Below, piece after piece: positions 43,273 to 53,100 of a stretch of DNA of 57,321 nt (positions are counted from its first letter, which is position 1; each line of letters starts with the position of its first letter). The notes under the pieces were generated by a model. The model saw only the letters and a program-made list of their open reading frames with translations, ran no database searches and had not been told where the DNA came from. Origin of the DNA: Verrucomicrobiales bacterium. GTDB taxonomy: Bacteria; Verrucomicrobiota; Verrucomicrobiia; Limisphaerales; SXTU01. The position numbers and the translations under genes are program-made. The stretch spans positions 1 to 57,321 of the forward strand of contig SXTU01000167.1 in NCBI GenBank assembly GCA_005791875.1. The letters are read 5' to 3'.

Positions 43273-43662
43273 ATGACCATCTTGCTGGCCGAAGACGAGC
43301 CGCAGACAGCCCATCTCATTGAGTTCAAACTCAAGCAGGCGGGCTTCAAGGTCGTCCACGCCAACGACGGCGAGAAAGCCCTCGCGCTCGTCGGTCCCAC
43401 GCAACCCGCGCTGGTCCTGCTCGACGGCCTGATGCCTGTGATGGACGGCTTCGAGGTGCTCCGCCGTCTCAAGGAAGACCCCCGCACCCGCCAAATCCCT
43501 GTAATCATGCTCACTGCCCGCGCGCGCGACAAAGACATCGTCACCGGCCTCGAACTCGGTGCGGCGGACTACATGATCAAGCCCTTCAGCCCGTCCGAGC
43601 TCATCGCCCGCGTGCGCAAGGTTCTCGGGCCAACGGCGGCTCCACGCCCCGTTGACGAGTAG
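43273..43662 (+). CDS. Single-domain response regulator
   Basis: LAEDE, LLDGLMPVMDG, MLTA, DYMIKPF. Confidence 0.92.
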   Translation: MTILLAEDEPQTAHLIEFKLKQAGFKVVHANDGEKALALVGPTQPALVLLDGLMPVMDGFEVLRRLKEDPRTRQIPVIMLTARARDKDIVTGLELGAADYMIKPFSPSELIARVRKVLGPTAAPRPVDE

Positions 43663-43717
43663 GAGAATTTGGTTTGTCGTGCACTGGTCCGATTGGTTCA
43701 CTCGGTCACGTCACGCC

Positions 43718-44207
43718 ATGAAGCATCTCCACCTTCGCCAGCTCGCCACATTCACCGTTGCATTGTTGCTCGGCGCCTGCACCGCTACCCGCTCGCCGGA
43801 CACTCTGGAAATTTTCCTCGCTGATGTGCGCTTCACCGACGCGACCGCGTTTGAGACCGCCGGCGTCTTCGTCATCTGCGTGCAAAACCAGTCGCCCGAG
43901 GCGCTGCAATGCAACGGCGCGGTCCACAAGGTCACGCTCAACGGCATCCGCGTCGGCAGCGGCGTCCAGAAGGAAAGACTCGCGCTGGAGCGGCTCTCGG
44001 ACGGCAAGCAGACCGTGACCGTGCGCTTCGCGCAACCTCGCGCTCGCCCGCCTCCTGCACGACCTCACTCAAACCAAACGCGTGAACTGGCAGCTCGAAA
44101 GCACGCTCTTCCTGCAAGCAGGCACGCGGACTTGGACCGCGAAGTCGTCGCGCACGGGAGCGCTGGACCTGAAGGAGTTTCAAACGCCGCGACCGACTGC
44201 CCATTGA
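43718..44207 (+). pseudogene. LEA type 2 (WHy) lipoprotein with a frameshift near 44027-44030
   Basis: Lipobox LLGAC; the shifted frame gives RNLALARLL...VNWQLESTLFL...GALDL, ending at TGA 44205-44207. Confidence 0.7.
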
Positions 44208-44212
44208 ACGCG

Positions 44213-44309
44213 ATGAGGGAGAGCGAGATTAGGATTAGGGTTAAGAGCAGGAACCGGGACGGCCTGTCTTCTCCTAATCTTAATCCTGCTCGTCCCATCT
44301 CTGCCTCAT
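44213..44309. repeat. Inverted hexamer-arm element (gattag / ctaatc)
   Basis: gagattaggattagggttaagagcagga ... tcctaatcttaatcctgctc. Confidence 0.75.
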
Positions 44310-45093
44310 GACCATCTGGGACCTCCATGTCCACATGTCCGGCGTCTCCGGCGCGACGCCCGCCGAGCGCATGGCGCAGCTCATCGCCATCGCCGACCGC
44401 ATGGGCATTGAACGGCTATGCGTTTACATGGGCGTTCCATGGTCGCGCGACCCGAAGCCGGAAACCTTTCGCAAAGAGAACGACCAAGTCCTCGAAGCCA
44501 TTGGCAAGTTTCCCGACCGCACCTTCGGCTTCGTCTATCTCAACCCGAAACACGTCGAGGCCAGCCTCGCCGAGTTGGACCGCTGCGTCGCGCGCGGGCC
44601 GATGGTCGGCGTGAAGCTCTGGGTGGCGAAGGAATGCCGCGCCGCCGAACTCGACCCCATCATCAAACGCGCCGCCGAGCTGCAAGCCGTCATTTTCCAG
44701 CACACCTGGCTTAAGGTCACCGGCAACGACCCCGGCGAGTCCACGCCCTTCGACCTCGTGGAACTCGCCGCACGCCAGCCGAGCACACCCATCATCTGCG
44801 GCCACACCGGCGGCGATTGGGAGCGCGGCATCCGCACCATCCGCGCGAGCAAAAATCTCTACGCCGACCTCGCCGGCTCCGACCCCGTCGCGGGCTACAC
44901 CGAGATGGCCGTGCGCGAACTCGGTGCCGAGCGCGTCATCTACGGCAGCGACGCCGGCGGCCGCAGCTTCGCCTCGCAGCTTGGCAAAGTCCTCGGCGCG
45001 CAAATCCCCGATGCCGCCAAGCTGCTCATCCTCAGCGGCAACTTGAAGCGGTTGCTCGCCCCCATCCTCCAACGAAAAGGCCTCAAGGCATGA
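44308..45093 (+). CDS. Amidohydrolase family protein
   Basis: DLHVH, GVKL, QH, CGHTGG, YGSD. Confidence 0.88.
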   Translation: MTIWDLHVHMSGVSGATPAERMAQLIAIADRMGIERLCVYMGVPWSRDPKPETFRKENDQVLEAIGKFPDRTFGFVYLNPKHVEASLAELDRCVARGPMVGVKLWVAKECRAAELDPIIKRAAELQAVIFQHTWLKVTGNDPGESTPFDLVELAARQPSTPIICGHTGGDWERGIRTIRASKNLYADLAGSDPVAGYTEMAVRELGAERVIYGSDAGGRSFASQLGKVLGAQIPDAAKLLILSGNLKRLLAPILQRKGLKA

Positions 45094-45479
45094 ACCCACA
45101 ATACCCACCGAAGTCGTCTTTCGCGCAGCCGCTCCTCCTGTGCCTGCTCGCCATCCTCAGCCTGCAAGCCGCTGAGCCGAAGAACATCAGCGCGATCCAG
45201 TCGTTGAAACCCGTTCCGGGCCGCGAGCAGGTCCAGATCAACTGCATCCCCTGCCACTCGACCGCCATCATCACCGCTACGCACGCCACGCGCGAGCGCT
45301 GGGACGAACTCATCACCACGATGCAGCAGAAGCACGGCCTCTGGCCGCTCGTGCCGACCATCCGCAAGCAGCTCCTCGACTACCTCACCGCCACCCAGCC
45401 ACCCTCCGACCCCAGCCTCGACGCCGGCAAGCAAACGCCTTGGGCCCTGCCGCTCTACCGTCCGAATCCGTTGTGGTGA
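45090..45479 (+). CDS. Small monoheme cytochrome c (SorB-like)
   Basis: Signal peptide, CIPCH, W...ITTMQQKHGLW, LDYL; ATGA overlap. Confidence 0.75.
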   Translation: MNPQYPPKSSFAQPLLLCLLAILSLQAAEPKNISAIQSLKPVPGREQVQINCIPCHSTAIITATHATRERWDELITTMQQKHGLWPLVPTIRKQLLDYLTATQPPSDPSLDAGKQTPWALPLYRPNPLW

Positions 45480-45484
45480 CCGCC

Positions 45485-46909
45485 ATGGAACCATCTCCGC
45501 TCTACCTCAACGGCGAGTTCGTCACCACGGTTCAAGCCCTCCCCGTTCGCAACCCAGCCACCGGCGAGACCCTCGCGCAGATGTCCACTTGCGGTCGCGA
45601 CCAGGTGGCGCAGGCATTGGCGGATGCGCACGCGGCGTTTCAGTCGTGGCGCAATGTCGTCGGCAAGACGCGCGCGGATTTCCTGCTGAAGATTGCCAGC
45701 GAGGTCGAGCGGCGGAAGGATGAGTTCGCCCGCACCATCACGCTCGAAAACGGCAAGCCGCTCCCGCAGAGCGCGGGCGAGGTGGCGATGACGATTGACC
45801 ACCTGCGCTGGTTCGCCGAGGAGGCACGGCGCGGTTACGGGCGCATCGTCCCGCCGCAGGCGGAGGGCAAGCGCCATCTCGTCATCAAGACGCCCATCGG
45901 TGTGGTCGCCGCCATCAGCCCGTGGAATTTTCCGCTCGTGCTCGCCGTGCGGAAAGTCGCAGCGGCACTCGCGGCAGGTTGCACCGTGGTGCTCAAGCCT
46001 GCCAGCGCCACACCGCTGTGCGCGGTGCTGTTTGCCGAGTGCGTCCACGCGGCGCGTTTGCCCAAGGGCGTGTTCCAACTCGTGGCCGGTTCGGCGGGCG
46101 AGATCGCGGCGGAATTTCTGGAAAACCCGCTTTGCCGCAAGATCACCTTCACCGGCTCGACCGAGGTGGGGAAGAATCTCATCGCCGGAGCCGCCGCACA
46201 GGTGAAGCCGCTCTCGCTCGAACTCGGCGGCCACTCACCCGTGCTCGTCTTCGACGACGCCGACCTCGCGAAAGCCCTCGAGGGCACGATGATTGCGAAG
46301 TATCGCAACACCGGGCAGTCGTGCATTGCGGCCAACCGCATCTACATCCAGCGCGGCATCGCGGAGCAGTTCATCCCGGCGTTCGTCGAGCGCGTGAAGG
46401 CGCTCAAGGCCGGCAACGGCCTCGAACCGGGCGTGGACATCGGCCCGCTCATCAACCCCGCCGCCGTGGACCTCGCGCTCCAGCACATCGCCGACGCGCA
46501 GGCCAAGAGCGCGAAGCTGCTCTGCGGCGGCAAGCGTCACGGCGACGCAGGCAGCGCGTTCCTTGAACCGACCGTGCTCACCAGCGTGCCCGGCGAATCG
46601 TGCGGCATGTGCGACGAGACCTTCGCGCCCGTCGCCTACGTGAACGTCTTCGACACCGAGGCCGAGGCCATCGCACGCGCGAACGACTCCACCTACGGCC
46701 TCGCCGCCTACGCCTTCACGCGCGACCTGAGCCGCGCCTTCCGCCTGATGGAGTCGCTGGAGGCTGGAATGATTGGCATCAACGACGGCGTGCCGACGAC
46801 GAGCAACGCGCCCTTCGGCGGCGTGAAGCAAAGCGGCTGGGGCCGCGAGCTGGGCACCGAGGGCCTCGACGCGTTCCTCGACACGAAGCACGTGAGCCTC
46901 GTCGTCTAG
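45485..46909 (+). CDS. gabD: NAD(P)-dependent succinate-semialdehyde dehydrogenase family
   Basis: PWNFP, FTGSTEVG, LELGG, GQSC, ETFAP, PFGGVKQSGWGRE. Confidence 0.85.
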   Translation: MEPSPLYLNGEFVTTVQALPVRNPATGETLAQMSTCGRDQVAQALADAHAAFQSWRNVVGKTRADFLLKIASEVERRKDEFARTITLENGKPLPQSAGEVAMTIDHLRWFAEEARRGYGRIVPPQAEGKRHLVIKTPIGVVAAISPWNFPLVLAVRKVAAALAAGCTVVLKPASATPLCAVLFAECVHAARLPKGVFQLVAGSAGEIAAEFLENPLCRKITFTGSTEVGKNLIAGAAAQVKPLSLELGGHSPVLVFDDADLAKALEGTMIAKYRNTGQSCIAANRIYIQRGIAEQFIPAFVERVKALKAGNGLEPGVDIGPLINPAAVDLALQHIADAQAKSAKLLCGGKRHGDAGSAFLEPTVLTSVPGESCGMCDETFAPVAYVNVFDTEAEAIARANDSTYGLAAYAFTRDLSRAFRLMESLEAGMIGINDGVPTTSNAPFGGVKQSGWGRELGTEGLDAFLDTKHVSLVV

Positions 46910-46921
46910 CAGCTTTCATCT

Positions 46922-47896
46922 ATGCAACCCACGACACTCACCTCCGAACTCCTTGCCAGCGGCAGCGTCATCCGCGAGCCCGTCGGCAAGGACAAAGGTT
47001 ACTGGGTCGGTTGCCCCGGCGCGTTCTACGACGAGGCGGAGCGCGCGTGGTATCTCACCTACCGCATCCGCCGCCCGCGCGGTGTGCAGCCGGATCGCGG
47101 CGGCGAAGTGCGCATCGCGCGCAGCCCCGACCTCAAGCAGTGGGACGACGTGTTGCGTGTCACGAAGGACCAATACGGCTCCGAGTCCATCGAGCGGAGC
47201 GCGCTGCATCGGGGGCGCGACGGCTCTTGGCGCTACTTCACCAGCTACGTGGACCCGGCGGATGGCCGCTGGTGCACGGCTGTGATGAAGGCGGCGAAGG
47301 TCGAGCACCTCAACCCTGCGCAACGCCAAGTCATCTTCACCGCCCCGCCGCTTGGCCTCGAAGGCGTGAAGGATCCGTGGGTGATCGAAGTGGACGGCGT
47401 TTACCATCTCTTCCTCAGCATCGCGCTGCCCACGCCGCGCACGAACGCCACCTCGCACGGCACGCTCGACATCTTCAATACCGGCGAGTGTGTCTCCGCC
47501 ACGGGCCTCGCGACTTCGCGCGACCTGGACAAGTGGGAGTGGCAGGGCGTCGTCCTCAAGCCGGATGCGACGGGCTGGGACAAGTATTGCCGGCGTATCA
47601 ACAGTGTGGCGCGCGTCGGCGACCGCTGGCTAGCCTTCTACGACGGCAGCGCGAGCGAGGCGGAGAACTACGAGGAGCGGTGCGCGCTCGCGGTGTCGAC
47701 CGACCTGCGCGATTGGCGCTCCGTCTTGCCAGCTGGACCGTTCGTCACCAGCCCGTTCGCGTCCGGCTCGGCGCGCTACTTCGACGCGAAATTCGCCAAC
47801 GGCCAGTGGCACCTGTTCTACGAGTTTGCGCGGAAGGACGGGGCGCATGACATGAGGCTGCTCGTGTTGGATGCGAGCACGCTGCCCACGGCATGA
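46922..47896 (+). CDS. Putative five-bladed beta-propeller glycosidase-like protein
   Basis: SPDLKQW, SRDLDKW and STDLRDW repeats, VKDPWV. Confidence 0.6.
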   Translation: MQPTTLTSELLASGSVIREPVGKDKGYWVGCPGAFYDEAERAWYLTYRIRRPRGVQPDRGGEVRIARSPDLKQWDDVLRVTKDQYGSESIERSALHRGRDGSWRYFTSYVDPADGRWCTAVMKAAKVEHLNPAQRQVIFTAPPLGLEGVKDPWVIEVDGVYHLFLSIALPTPRTNATSHGTLDIFNTGECVSATGLATSRDLDKWEWQGVVLKPDATGWDKYCRRINSVARVGDRWLAFYDGSASEAENYEERCALAVSTDLRDWRSVLPAGPFVTSPFASGSARYFDAKFANGQWHLFYEFARKDGAHDMRLLVLDASTLPTA

Positions 47897-48780
47897 TTCC
47901 TGACTACCTCGCTGTTCCCGCCGCCGAACTCGGCAAGGGCACGCCCGTCCAAGTCCGCATCCTCGGCGACATGGCGAGCCTCGCGGAGGATTTCGCGCGG
48001 ACGCTTCTGGCAGAGATTCGCGCTGCGCATGCAGCGGGCCGCGGCGGGACCTTCATCGTGCCAGTGGGACCGGTGGACCAGTTTTCCATCCTCGCACGGA
48101 TGGTGAACGAGGAACGGCTGTCCCTGCGCGACGTGGTGTTCATCAACATGGACGAGTATCTCACGGACGAGGACGAGTGGGTGCCGACGGATCATCCGTT
48201 GAGCTTTCGTGGCTACATGGAGCGGGCGTTCTACGGGCTGCTCGACCCCAAGCTCAGGCCGCCGCCAGAGCACCGCGTCTTCCCCGACCCACGTGATTGC
48301 GAGGCGGTGCAGCGGCTGATTGAGGCACGCGGCGGGGTGGACGTGACCTTTGGCGGTATCGGCATCAACGGGCACATCGCCTTCAACGAGCCGCCCGAAG
48401 GAAACGCGGAATGCGGAACGCGGAATGCGGAATCGAGTCAGAGACTCCTCACGTCGTTTCCTACGGTGGAGGAGTTCGCCGCCCTCCCCACGCGCGTGCT
48501 TTTGCTCGCCCGCGAGACCCGGACAATTAACTCGGTGACAGTCGGCGGCGGCATCGAGGTCGTGCCGCGTCGCTGCGTGACAGTGGGGATGAGGGAGATG
48601 CTCGCGTCCCGGAAGCTGCGGTTCTACTGCAACCGCCCGTGGCAGAGTGCGGTAGTGCGTCGTGTCTTGCACGGGCCGGTCACGCCGGCTTGTCCGGCCT
48701 CGCTGCTGCGATTGCATTCCGACGCGGTGCTGACAGTCGCGGATTACGTGGCGGAGCCGCCGGACATCCGGCTGCGGTGA
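47893..48780 (+). CDS. Glucosamine-6-phosphate isomerase/deaminase family
   Basis: PVGP, INMDEY, GGIGINGHIAFNEP, VTVGM, PASLL. Confidence 0.85.
   Translation: MIPDYLAVPAAELGKGTPVQVRILGDMASLAEDFARTLLAEIRAAHAAGRGGTFIVPVGPVDQFSILARMVNEERLSLRDVVFINMDEYLTDEDEWVPTDHPLSFRGYMERAFYGLLDPKLRPPPEHRVFPDPRDCEAVQRLIEARGGVDVTFGGIGINGHIAFNEPPEGNAECGTRNAESSQRLLTSFPTVEEFAALPTRVLLLARETRTINSVTVGGGIEVVPRRCVTVGMREMLASRKLRFYCNRPWQSAVVRRVLHGPVTPACPASLLRLHSDAVLTVADYVAEPPDIRLR
48403..48464. repeat. (aaYgcgg)x4 heptamer plus a family A REP right arm, in frame
   Basis: Encodes NAECGTRNAESSQRLLTSFPT. Confidence 0.8.
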
Positions 48781-48796
48781 GCTTTCCCGCGGGCAC

Positions 48797-50014
48797 TCAA
48801 GCCACCTTCCGCTTCGCCATGTTCGCCAGCAGCTTCTCCGCGCAGGCCTTAGCGAACTCTGGCGCGTTGATGACGCAGTCCATCTCCACCAACTCAATGT
48901 CCTTGCGCAGGAATGTTCTCATCGTGGTGAAGAGGATGCGGTCAGCAATAGGGTCGTGAAACTTCTGGCCGGGCGCGCTGATGACGCTGATCGCCTTGCG
49001 CGGCAGGAGCACCGTCACGGGCGCGATTGAAAGGTTGACTTTTTCGGCGAGGATGCGACCCAAGTCGGCGCTTTCCTCGGGCGTCGTGCGCATGAGCGTC
49101 ACCTGCGGGTTGTGCTGGTAGAAGGTGCGGCCTGCGAACTTCGCCGGCACCGTCTCCGGCGCGCCAAAGTTCACCATGTCGAGGCAGCCGGGCGTCACGA
49201 TGGCGGGCACGCCGTGGCGCGCCGCCGCCTCGCAACGCGTCGGGCCAGCCCCGAGCACGCCGCCGACCAGCTCATCCGCCCACTCCGTCGTCGTGATGTC
49301 GAGCACGCCGGCGACGAGGCCGGACTCGATGAGCGACTCCATTGCGCGGCCTCCTGTGCCCGTCGCGTGGAAGACGAGGACTTCGTAGCCGGCGGCCTCG
49401 ATGATCTTCTTCGCGGCCTGCACGCAGTCGGTCGTGTTGCCGAACATGCTCGCGACGACAAGCGGCTTGTCCTCGCCGGGTTGCGGCACGCTCTCGACCA
49501 TGCCGCAGATCGCGCCAGCCGCGCGCGTGAGAATCTGGCGCGAGATGCGGTTGATGCCGGCGACATCCACGACGGCGGGGAACATGACAATGTCCTTCAC
49601 ACCGACGTATTGCGCCGTGTTGCCGGATGCGAGCGTGGAGACCATGACCTTGGGGAAGCCGATGGGCAACGCGCGCATCGCGGCGGTGCCAATCGCCGTG
49701 CCGCCGCCGCCCCCGAGCGAGATCACGCCGTCAATGCGCTGCTCCTCCGCGAGCTTGCTCAACACCATGGGCGCGCCCTTCGACATCGCGGCGACCGCTT
49801 CGCCCCGGTCTTTGCGTGTGAGCAACGCCGCGAGGTCCACGCCGGCCGCCGCAGCGACCTCCAACCGCGTCACGTCGGGCTTGAGCTTGGGCGCGTCGAG
49901 CGTGCCCGTGTCAATGACGAGCACGTGATGGCCGCGTTGCTTGATGAGGTTCGCCACGAAGGCATGTTCTTCGCCCTTCGTGTCCATTGTGCCAAGCACT
50001 GCGATGGTCGCCAT
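48797..50014 (-). CDS. Tm-1-like ATP-binding domain protein (UPF0261)
   Basis: GTMDTKGEE, GGGGGT, GFPKVMVST, SMFGNTT, FHATGTGG, DMVNFG. Confidence 0.92.
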   Translation of the reverse strand: MATIAVLGTMDTKGEEHAFVANLIKQRGHHVLVIDTGTLDAPKLKPDVTRLEVAAAAGVDLAALLTRKDRGEAVAAMSKGAPMVLSKLAEEQRIDGVISLGGGGGTAIGTAAMRALPIGFPKVMVSTLASGNTAQYVGVKDIVMFPAVVDVAGINRISRQILTRAAGAICGMVESVPQPGEDKPLVVASMFGNTTDCVQAAKKIIEAAGYEVLVFHATGTGGRAMESLIESGLVAGVLDITTTEWADELVGGVLGAGPTRCEAAARHGVPAIVTPGCLDMVNFGAPETVPAKFAGRTFYQHNPQVTLMRTTPEESADLGRILAEKVNLSIAPVTVLLPRKAISVISAPGQKFHDPIADRILFTTMRTFLRKDIELVEMDCVINAPEFAKACAEKLLANMAKRKVA

Positions 50015-50102
50015 AGGTGTGGCCGAAGGGTAACGCCTTCCCTTTGGCGCGCGAACTTTTCCTTTCGACCCGCACTTGCTTCCGGCATAACGCCTGCATT
50101 GC

Positions 50103-53100
50103 ATGAAGCCCCAGCGTCTCTCCCTGCTCCTGCTTTTGCTTGCGCTCGCCGCGCCCGCCTCTGCTGCCGAAGCCCCGAAACTCTTCACCGAGGGCGTGCG
50201 CACGGCCGACCCGCTCTCGCCCGAAGAGCAGCGCCTGAAGTTTCACCTCCCCGACGGCTTCAAGATTCAGCTCGTCGCCGCGGAACCAGACCTCCGCAAG
50301 CCGATGAACATGGCCTTCGACTCGGCGGGCCGTCTCTGGGTCACGGAATCGCGCGAATACCCCTTTGCTGCGACCAACGCCGCCCTCGCCCGCGACACCA
50401 TCCGCATCTTCTCGGACTTCGACGACAATGGTCGCGCCCGCAAGGTCACGACCTTCGCCACCAACCTGAACATCCCCATCGGCGTTTACCCCTTCCGTTC
50501 TCCCAGTAGCCGCCGAGGTAAGGAGGCGGACCCGGCGCAGAACAATCCGAACCGCCTCCTCACCTCGGCGGCTACGAATTTGACTTGGAAGTGCATCGCG
50601 TGGTCCATCCCCAACATCTGGCTCTTCGAGGACACGGACGGCGATGGCGTCGCCGACAAGCAGGAGAAGCTCTACGGCCCGTTTGACTTCACCCGCGACA
50701 CGCACGGGAACCAAGCCAGCTTCCGGCGCGGCCTCGACGGCTGGATTTACGCCACCCACGGCTTCAACAACCAATCCCGCGTGTCCGGCACGGACGGCCA
50801 CGAAATCTCCCTCCCCTCCGGCAACGTCTATCGCTTCCGCCTCGACGGCTCGCGCATCGAGCACTGGACCCACGGGCAGGTCAACCCCTTCGGCCTCACC
50901 TTCGACCCGCTGGGGAACCTCTACTCCGCCGACTGCCACAGCTCGCCCATCTACCAACTCCTGCGCGGCGCGCACTACCCGAGCTTCGGCCGCCCGCACG
51001 ACGGCCTCGGCTTCGGCCCCACGACCATCCAGCACACGCACCACAGCACTGCCATCTGCGGCATCACGCACATCAGCGACCCGTCGTGGCCCGCCGAGTT
51101 TCAGGGCAACCTTTTCATCGGCAACGTGATGACCAGCCGCATCAATCGCGACCAACTCGAATGGCGCGGCAGCACCAGCGTGGGGAAAGAGATGCCCGAC
51201 TTCCTCAGCACGGACGACCCGTGGTTCCGCCCCGTGGATTTGCAATTCGGTCCCGACGGCGCGCTGTGGGTGGCGGACTTCTACAACCGCATCATCGGCC
51301 ACTACGAAGTCCCGTTGCTCCACCCCGCCCGCGACCGCGAGCGCGGCCGCATCTGGCGGATAGTTCCCCCCGGAGGAGCCGACGTGCGGAAGCTCAAACT
51401 AGTTCGGGACGAGAAGTCAGAGACTCCTCACGTCCTCCCCTACAGCCGCGACGCCCTGCTCAATGAATTCCTCGGGCAGAACCCGACCCGCCGCGCCCTG
51501 GCCCGCGAGGAACTCGCCCTGCTCCCCAACGCCAACGACCACGGCCTCATCACCCAGGCCGCGCAAGGCCTCTGGCACTTCCGCCAGGCAGACGACCGCG
51601 AGGGCTTGATGACCTCCTGCCTCTGGCTGTTGCAGCGCGACGGCAAGCTCGATGACAAAACCCTGCTCGGCGCGCTGCAAGACCGCGATGAACCCATCCG
51701 CGTCCACGCGCTGCGCATCCTTGCCGAGCGCGGCCTGCGCACCGCCGCCCGCTCCTCCCTTGCCCCCAGCGGGGGAGAGGGCCGGGGTGAGGGGGCACGA
51801 GGCTCTGTCGGCACCGGCCTGCCAACCAACGCCTCTTCTCCCTCGCCCCCAACGGGGGAGAGGGCCGGGGTGAGGAGGCAGGCTGCCGACAACTCGAAAT
51901 CCCCCTCTCCCGCCGTGGCCCCGCCCCCTCACCCTCAATCCCTCTCCCCCGTTGGGGGCGAGGGAGGTCTGCTGGTCGCCGTTCGGGCGGCCCTCGCCGA
52001 CCCGTCCGCCCACGTCCAGCGCGCCGCTGCGGACGCCCTCGCCGCGAACCCGCACGCCGACAACCTCGCCCCGCTCCTCGCCTTGCAGAAACGCGTCCCC
52101 GCCCAGGACACTCACCTCGCCCACGTCGTGCGCCTCGCCCTCCGCGAACAGCTCCGCCTGCCCGGCGCATTCATGAAGCTGTCCGGCGAGACAATCCCGC
52201 TCGCCGACGCCCGCGCCTTCGCCGCCGTCGCCACGAGTCTTACTAACGCCGAGGCCGCCGCATTCCTCGTCCGCCATGTCGAGACCCACAGCGAGCCTGC
52301 TGATGTCCTGGCCCGCTACGTCACACACGCCGCCCGCTACGCGCCGGACGCGGACTTGCCGAAACTGGCCGCGCTGGGCCGCCAGCAGTTTGCCGCCGAC
52401 CTCGACACGCAGGCCACGCTGTTCAAAGCCATGTTCGACGGACAAGCCGCCCGCCGTGCCGGCGACTTCCAGTCGCCGTCCGCACCGTCCAGCACGTCCA
52501 ACGCCCTCCGCCCCGACCTCCTTGCCTGGGGCACGGACCTCGCCAGCCAGCTTCTCGCCCCCGCCGCTAACGCAGCGACCTGGACCTACGTGCCCTTGAA
52601 CCCCGCCCAGCCCGGTCGCAACCCCTTCGCCTTCGAGGAGCGCACCAGCGCCGACGGTCAGAAGACCCGCCTCATGTCCAGCCTCCCGCACGGCGAAACT
52701 TTGACCGGTGTGCTGCGCTCGCCGGTGTTTGTGCTGCCGAAGCAACTCTCTTTCTACCTCTGCGGCCACGACGGCGTCCCGCAACAGCCCGCCGGGAAGA
52801 AAAACTTCGTGCGCCTGCGGCTGGCAACTTCTTCTCCCTCTCCCTCATTGGGGGAGAGGGCCGGGGTGAGGGGGCAGAGCGTGCCTGTGCCGAAGAACAC
52901 ACCCTCACCAACGCCTCCGCCGCCCCCTCACCCTCAATCCCTCTCGCTCACTGGGGACGAGGGAGGTCAGAGCGGTCGCGTCCTCCGCGAGGCCTTCCCG
53001 CCGCTTAACGACACCGCCCGCCTCGTCACATGGGACCTCGCCGAGTTCGCCGGCCAGCGCGGAATCCTCGAAGTCACCGACGGCGACAACGGCGATGCCT

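Noticed and set aside
51752-51967. Intein or self-splicing intron explanation for the inserts
   Set aside because: No Cys/Ser...His-Asn intein ends and no group I/II structure; the sequence matches intergenic repeats instead.
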